From assembly GCA_958402075.1 (NCBI GenBank), contig CATXSD010000002.1, positions 8,273 to 72,272 on the forward strand: 64,000 nucleotides of DNA, read 5' to 3'. Position 1 is the stretch's first letter, and every line of letters begins with the position of its first letter. The notes beneath the pieces are model-generated. The model was not told the origin of the DNA and ran no database searches. It saw only the letters and a program-made list of their open reading frames with translations. This stretch comes from Mediterranea massiliensis (GTDB taxonomy: Bacteria > Bacteroidota > Bacteroidia > Bacteroidales > Bacteroidaceae). Position numbers and translations under genes: made by a program. This document shows, piece after piece, positions 59,096-64,000 of this stretch.

Positions 59096-60820
59096 ATGAA
59101 AAAGAAAACATTATTATATAGCGCACTTTTGCTCGGCTCGCTTACATGGTCAAGCTGTACCGACATGCTCGATAAAGAGCCGCTCGACAAATTCACGGAC
59201 AGCCCGTTGTTCTGGAACAATCCGTCCAGCGTAGAAGGCTATGCTGCAACATTCTATAACCTCTTTACCGGTTATGGCAATTCAGGAGGTTACGGCGATT
59301 TCTACTTCCAATCACTTACCGACGATCAGATAGGTGCCGGCTTCGACAACTGGAAATATATCAACGTACCGGCTTCTGACGGCAACTGGTCTTCCACATG
59401 GGATGAGATACGCCGTGCCAACGCCATGATAACCTCTCTGAACGAACAGGCAACCGACATGGATGAAGCCACCAAAAATCACTGGATTGGCGTAGCCCGC
59501 CTGATGCGTGCATGGCAATACTGGGACTTGGTCCGCAAGTACGGCGATTGCACATGGCTCGACCATGTACCCGACATCAACGATCCGCTTCTCTTTGCAG
59601 CCCGCGATGATCGTGACGATGTTATGGACAAAGTACTGGAAGACTTGAATTTTGCATGTGAAAATATTGAAGATGTCAATTCTCAGACAACCTGGTCACG
59701 CAACATGGCCAACGCCATGAAGGCACACATCTGTTTGTGGGAAGGCACTTTCCGCAAATACCGTACGCAAGACGAAAACGGAAAGGCTGCCGACCTGGAA
59801 GGAGCCAACAAATTCTTGCAAGCCTGTGTAGATGCCTGCGAACAAGTGATGCCCGATTATACATTGGGAACAGATATTGCCAGCTATCGGGCTACCTATA
59901 ATTCTGTTACACTAGCAGGAAATCCTGAAATCATCTTCTACAAAGAGTACAAGAAAGACTATTTTGCCCACTCTACCATTGCCTATACAGGAAGTAGTAC
60001 ACAGATGGACGGTATCTCAAAGGACGCTTTCGATTCATTCCTGTTCTTGGACGGTAAAACAGCAGCCAACACCTCGTACGATAACACAGATGTCGCTGTT
60101 GTAGCAGTATCGGCCAGCGATGGGGCAGACCACTTGAACATCCAGAAGCTGCTGGAAGTACGAGACAAACGTTTAGGACAGATTGTCGACTCCGTTTTGT
60201 GCTACATGGGTAGTCCATGGCAACGTACGGTTGGTGACATTGCCATGACATCTTCTTCAGGTTATAGCATCTGCAAGTTCGACAATGTGGACGACTTGGA
60301 CCCTTACTATCGTCAGACAACTGCAGAAAACTATACTTCAGCTCCTCTGTATTGGTTAGCAGTCATCTATCTAGACTATGCAGAAGCCAAAGCTGAACTT
60401 GGAACCATTACCAATGAAGATCTGAACAACACCATCAACAAGTTGAAAGCCCGTGCAGGTCTACCGCCAATCACAACAGAAGTAGCAGATGCAGGTGACA
60501 ACGACATGGGAGTAAGCCCGTTGATTTGGGAAATCCGTCGTGAACGCCGTTGCGAACTGATGCTCGACAATGACTTCCGTTATTGGGATTTGATCCGCTG
60601 GCATCAACTGGACAAACTGGATACCGACAGAAATCCTGATATCCGTTTGGGAGCCAACCTGATCAACGATAGAACGAACGAAGAAGTAGAGTTTGATGGC
60701 AACTACATCGACGGATATGGAACGAACAAACGTACTTTTGACAAAAAGCACTATCTCTATCCAATCCCCAGTGGCCAGATTACTCTTAACCCCAACTTAG
60801 GTCAGAACCAGGGATGGTAA
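59096..60820 (+). CDS. susD: RagB/SusD family lipoprotein
   Basis: Lipobox WSSC; ARLMRAWQY, YAEAKAE, IRRERRCEL, RYWDLIRW, QNQGW. Confidence 0.96.
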   Translation: MKKKTLLYSALLLGSLTWSSCTDMLDKEPLDKFTDSPLFWNNPSSVEGYAATFYNLFTGYGNSGGYGDFYFQSLTDDQIGAGFDNWKYINVPASDGNWSSTWDEIRRANAMITSLNEQATDMDEATKNHWIGVARLMRAWQYWDLVRKYGDCTWLDHVPDINDPLLFAARDDRDDVMDKVLEDLNFACENIEDVNSQTTWSRNMANAMKAHICLWEGTFRKYRTQDENGKAADLEGANKFLQACVDACEQVMPDYTLGTDIASYRATYNSVTLAGNPEIIFYKEYKKDYFAHSTIAYTGSSTQMDGISKDAFDSFLFLDGKTAANTSYDNTDVAVVAVSASDGADHLNIQKLLEVRDKRLGQIVDSVLCYMGSPWQRTVGDIAMTSSSGYSICKFDNVDDLDPYYRQTTAENYTSAPLYWLAVIYLDYAEAKAELGTITNEDLNNTINKLKARAGLPPITTEVADAGDNDMGVSPLIWEIRRERRCELMLDNDFRYWDLIRWHQLDKLDTDRNPDIRLGANLINDRTNEEVEFDGNYIDGYGTNKRTFDKKHYLYPIPSGQITLNPNLGQNQGW

Positions 60821-60849
60821 AAGACTAAAATAACCCATAGAGCATTTAC

Positions 60850-60888
60850 GGAGGCTGTTCCCAATGATAGAAACAGCCTCCTTTTTAT
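60850..60888 (+). terminator. Intrinsic terminator after susD
   Basis: ggaggctgtt 60850-60859 / aacagcctcc 60872-60881 then tttttt. Confidence 0.85.
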
Positions 60889-61071
60889 ATATTTTCATTT
60901 CCACCAGAACTATCCAATATAAATTCCACCGCACAAGAATAAAACACTTTTTAATATTCAGATACAATAGTTTTATCATTCACATAGGTTTTAAAATGTG
61001 AATTATAGTGAAATATAGAGTATAAATCAAAAATATAACACGGTTTATAGCAATAAATATAAAAATAAAAC

Positions 61072-61079
61072 TACCTTTG
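61072..61079 (+). promoter_or_regulatory. Sigma-A -7 box upstream of the second tandem susC
   Basis: TACCTTTG in AT-rich spacer. Confidence 0.5.
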
Positions 61080-61235
61080 AAAAGTAATGGGACAGCATAT
61101 ACCTTATTTCCGAGTATAAAATTGCTGAAGGCTCAACAAATAAGTCTTCAAAAAAAGAAATGCTCAAATGGATATGTAAAAAACCAATTACTTAATTATA
61201 ATATACCAAACCTAATTTTAACAAAATCATTACTT

Positions 61236-64000
61236 ATGAAAGAGGACCGCAGACAACGAGGTTTTTCCAACAGAAAGCTCCTCGCAGCTGTAGCCATTAC
61301 AGCACTATTTCTAAGCGGAAGCGCTCCAACCGCCGCTGCACGGACAGCTTCCGAACGTTCCAACGAAACAATGGAACAGATGCAAACCCAAACCGTTATG
61401 GTCACCGTCGTAGATTCCAATGGCGAACCCATTATCGGAGCCAATGTCATTGAAAAAGGCACAACCAATGGAGGCATCACAGACCTGGATGGAAAAATCA
61501 AACTGGAAGTAAAACCTAACGCCATCATCCAAGTGTCATTCGTAGGTTACACGACTCAAGAAGTCAAAGCAGCCCCAAACCTGCGTGTCACATTAAAAGA
61601 TGACACCGAGTTGCTGGACGAAGTGGTAGTCGTTGGTTACGGATCGCAAAAGAAAGTTAACCTGACTGGCGCCGTCGCATCGGTGGATGTCAACAAAACC
61701 ATCGACAGCCGACCTATCACCGATATAGGACGTGCTCTGCAAGGAAGTGTACCAGGTCTGACCGTTACGACCAACTCCGGAGAAATAGGTGGCGCCCCGA
61801 CTATCAAGATTCGTGGAAGTATCGGCTCACCGAACGGCGACGCCAATCCGCTGATCTTGGTCGATAACGTTGAGGTAACCGATATATCCATGGTCAACCC
61901 CGATGATATCGAAAGCATCTCTGTATTGAAAGATGCGGCTTCGGCCTCTATTTATGGTGCACGTGGCGCATTCGGCGTATTGTTGATTACGACCAAGTCC
62001 AAAACCAAACATGAACGTCTTTCCATCAAATACACCAATAACTTCGCATGGCGTACTCCGACCAAAACACCGGAACAGCTTCCCGGCTGGCAACAAGCAG
62101 ACATCAACCTGCAAGGAGTCATGAATGAATCCAAAGGCGCAACAGCATTTTATAACGTAGTAGGCAATATGCGCGTAGACGCAACGGCCGTACAGAAAAT
62201 GAAAGAGTATTGGGACGCCTATGGTTACGGAGACCAATTCGGACCTGATATGGAATTGGGACGTGACTTTGAATTCCGTGATGGAGGTATGTTCTTCTAC
62301 CGCACATGGGACTGGTATGACATGTACATCAAAGATTGGTCACCCCAACAGACCCACAACATCTCCATCAATGGAGGAAACGGCAAGACCAACTACAACA
62401 TTGCATTGGGTTATCTGGGACAGGACGGTATGATGGAAATCAACTCGGATTCTTACAAAAGATACAACGCCAACGTTTCTTTAAATTCCGATTTAAGCAA
62501 ATACGTGTCTATCCGTACAGGTGTCATGTTCACCCGTTCAGACTATGACAAACCGTTCAATTATGCCTCAGACTTATATGACCAGTTGTATTACCTGTAC
62601 CGCTGGCAACCAATGATGCCTTATGGCACATTCGAAGGCAAACCATTCCGCAACGCCTTGACAGAACAAAGCACTGCTCCTATGACCAATAAGGAACGCG
62701 AATATGTACGTCTGACCGGCGGTGTAACCATCAAGCCTATCAAAGATTTGAGTATCGACGTTGACTTTGTATACAGCACAATCAACGACCGCTACAAGAA
62801 ATATGGTACACCCAGCAAGACAGCCGGATACGATATTTTTACGGCCAGACCAACCGTAGACGACCTGAGAGGAGCCTACAAGAACTACATTTCCAGCAGC
62901 TATGATTATGTATATCAAGAGAATGGACGTACCGAGAACTTGACAACCAACATCGTAGCCACATACTCCAAGCGTTGGGGCGACCACGATTTCAAGGTAA
63001 TGGGCGGTTCCAACCTCGAAAAGAGCGAATACGAATACTATTGGGCACAACGCAAAGGCCTGCTGGATCCTGAAAAGCCTGAACTGAACATGGCAACAGG
63101 AGACCAGACGACCAGCAGTTCGCATACATGGTGGTCGGTTGCAGGTTTCTTTGGCCGTATCAACTACGCCTACAAAGATCGCTACATGGTCGAGGTGAAC
63201 GGACGTTACGACGGTTCTTCACGTTTCCCGTCAGGAGACCGCTTTGCATTCTTCCCCTCATTCTCGGCAGGATACCGTATCTCGGAAGAAGCCTTCATGG
63301 CTCCGCTGAAACCTTACCTCAGCACATTGAAACTGCGTGGATCTTGGGGTATGATTGGTAACCAGGATGTAGGTACCGACCGATTCGTTTCAACCTTGAC
63401 CACATCGCAGGACAGTTGGATTATCGATGGCCAAAAAGTTCAGTCCACTCAGATGCCGACCTTGGTTTCATCTACTCTTTCTTGGGAAAAAGTTTCTACA
63501 TTGGATTTGGGTTTTGATGCCCGTTTCTTTGATGACGCGTTAGGAGTAACTTTCGACTGGTACAACCGCACGACAAGTGATATCTTGACAACAGCCAATC
63601 TGCCTTGGACACTTGGTGCCACAGCTCCGTATCAAAACATGGGTGAAATCCAAACGAAAGGTTGGGAACTGGCCGTGGACTATCGCCATACGTTCAAGAA
63701 CGGATTCCATTTTGGTGTAACGGCTTCTCTCTCCGACGACCGAACAGAAGTAACCAAGTGGACCAATAATACCCAACTTCCTTCCTATGGTGCTACCGGT
63801 TGGTGGAGCACCAGCGCTTACAAAGAAGGTATGGTACTGGGTGACATTTGGGGTTTGCAGTTCGACCGCTTCCTGACTGAAAACGACTTCAATGCCGACG
63901 GCAGCTTGAAGGCAGGCATTCCCGACCAGACCCAAGTATTCCCCGGCAATTACCAATTTGCCCCTGGCGATGTACTTTACAAAGATTTGGACGGTAACGG
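61236..64000 (+). CDS. susC: SusC/RagA family TonB-dependent transporter, runs off the window end (absent from the ORF track)
   Basis: ATG at 61236: MKEDRRQRGFSNRKLLAAVAITALFL...ETMEQMQ...VDSNGEPIIGANVIEKGTTNG; later EVVVVGYGSQKK and LKDAASASIYGARGAFGVLLITTK. Confidence 0.95.
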   Translation, partial: MKEDRRQRGFSNRKLLAAVAITALFLSGSAPTAAARTASERSNETMEQMQTQTVMVTVVDSNGEPIIGANVIEKGTTNGGITDLDGKIKLEVKPNAIIQVSFVGYTTQEVKAAPNLRVTLKDDTELLDEVVVVGYGSQKKVNLTGAVASVDVNKTIDSRPITDIGRALQGSVPGLTVTTNSGEIGGAPTIKIRGSIGSPNGDANPLILVDNVEVTDISMVNPDDIESISVLKDAASASIYGARGAFGVLLITTKSKTKHERLSIKYTNNFAWRTPTKTPEQLPGWQQADINLQGVMNESKGATAFYNVVGNMRVDATAVQKMKEYWDAYGYGDQFGPDMELGRDFEFRDGGMFFYRTWDWYDMYIKDWSPQQTHNISINGGNGKTNYNIALGYLGQDGMMEINSDSYKRYNANVSLNSDLSKYVSIRTGVMFTRSDYDKPFNYASDLYDQLYYLYRWQPMMPYGTFEGKPFRNALTEQSTAPMTNKEREYVRLTGGVTIKPIKDLSIDVDFVYSTINDRYKKYGTPSKTAGYDIFTARPTVDDLRGAYKNYISSSYDYVYQENGRTENLTTNIVATYSKRWGDHDFKVMGGSNLEKSEYEYYWAQRKGLLDPEKPELNMATGDQTTSSSHTWWSVAGFFGRINYAYKDRYMVEVNGRYDGSSRFPSGDRFAFFPSFSAGYRISEEAFMAPLKPYLSTLKLRGSWGMIGNQDVGTDRFVSTLTTSQDSWIIDGQKVQSTQMPTLVSSTLSWEKVSTLDLGFDARFFDDALGVTFDWYNRTTSDILTTANLPWTLGATAPYQNMGEIQTKGWELAVDYRHTFKNGFHFGVTASLSDDRTEVTKWTNNTQLPSYGATGWWSTSAYKEGMVLGDIWGLQFDRFLTENDFNADGSLKAGIPDQTQVFPGNYQFAPGDVLYKDLDGN

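Noticed and set aside
61207..61214. Second antisense promoter (TAGGTTTG on minus strand) near the last susC start
   Set aside because: No properly spaced -33 box and no nearby minus-strand terminator
55736..64000. susC shufflon or invertible promoter
   Set aside because: The genes are co-oriented, and no recombinase or long inverted repeats were seen

Overview
Bacteroidales chromosomal window, inferred from SusC/SusD pairs, a hybrid two-component system and TAnnTTTG promoters. (1) 1-17.6 kb: a two-armed, convergent polysaccharide utilisation locus (PUL), cut off at the left edge. It holds a SusC end, SusD, two GH92 alpha-mannosidases, a small secreted unknown protein, a histidine acid phosphatase, an atypical GH28, an HGSNAT-like membrane N-acetyltransferase coupled to a GH89 alpha-N-acetylglucosaminidase, and an HTCS. 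(2) 17.6-29.2 kb: a visibly lower-GC ECF-sigma/anti-sigma PUL (SusC, SusD, GH97, beta-helix protein) with a good candidate cis-antisense sRNA over the susC start. (3) 29.5-55.3 kb: housekeeping genes (DUF59, TlpA, lpxH, alkaline phosphatase, ackA-pta, lrgAB, tldD/pmbA, cdaA, folP, mscS, murF, tcdA, asd and others). (4) 55.7-64 kb: tandem paralogous susC/susD genes. Best lead, by inference: PUL 1 has the enzyme set expected for dismantling glycosylated inositol-phospholipid head groups (GIPC sphingolipids or GPI anchors) by a lysosome-like acetylate-then-cleave route. Also notable are four intergenic arrays of 13-bp palindromes with a 22-bp period, and a covarying hairpin family. I found no rRNA, tRNA, CRISPR, integrase or transposase. 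All calls come from motif recognition, with no database searches.
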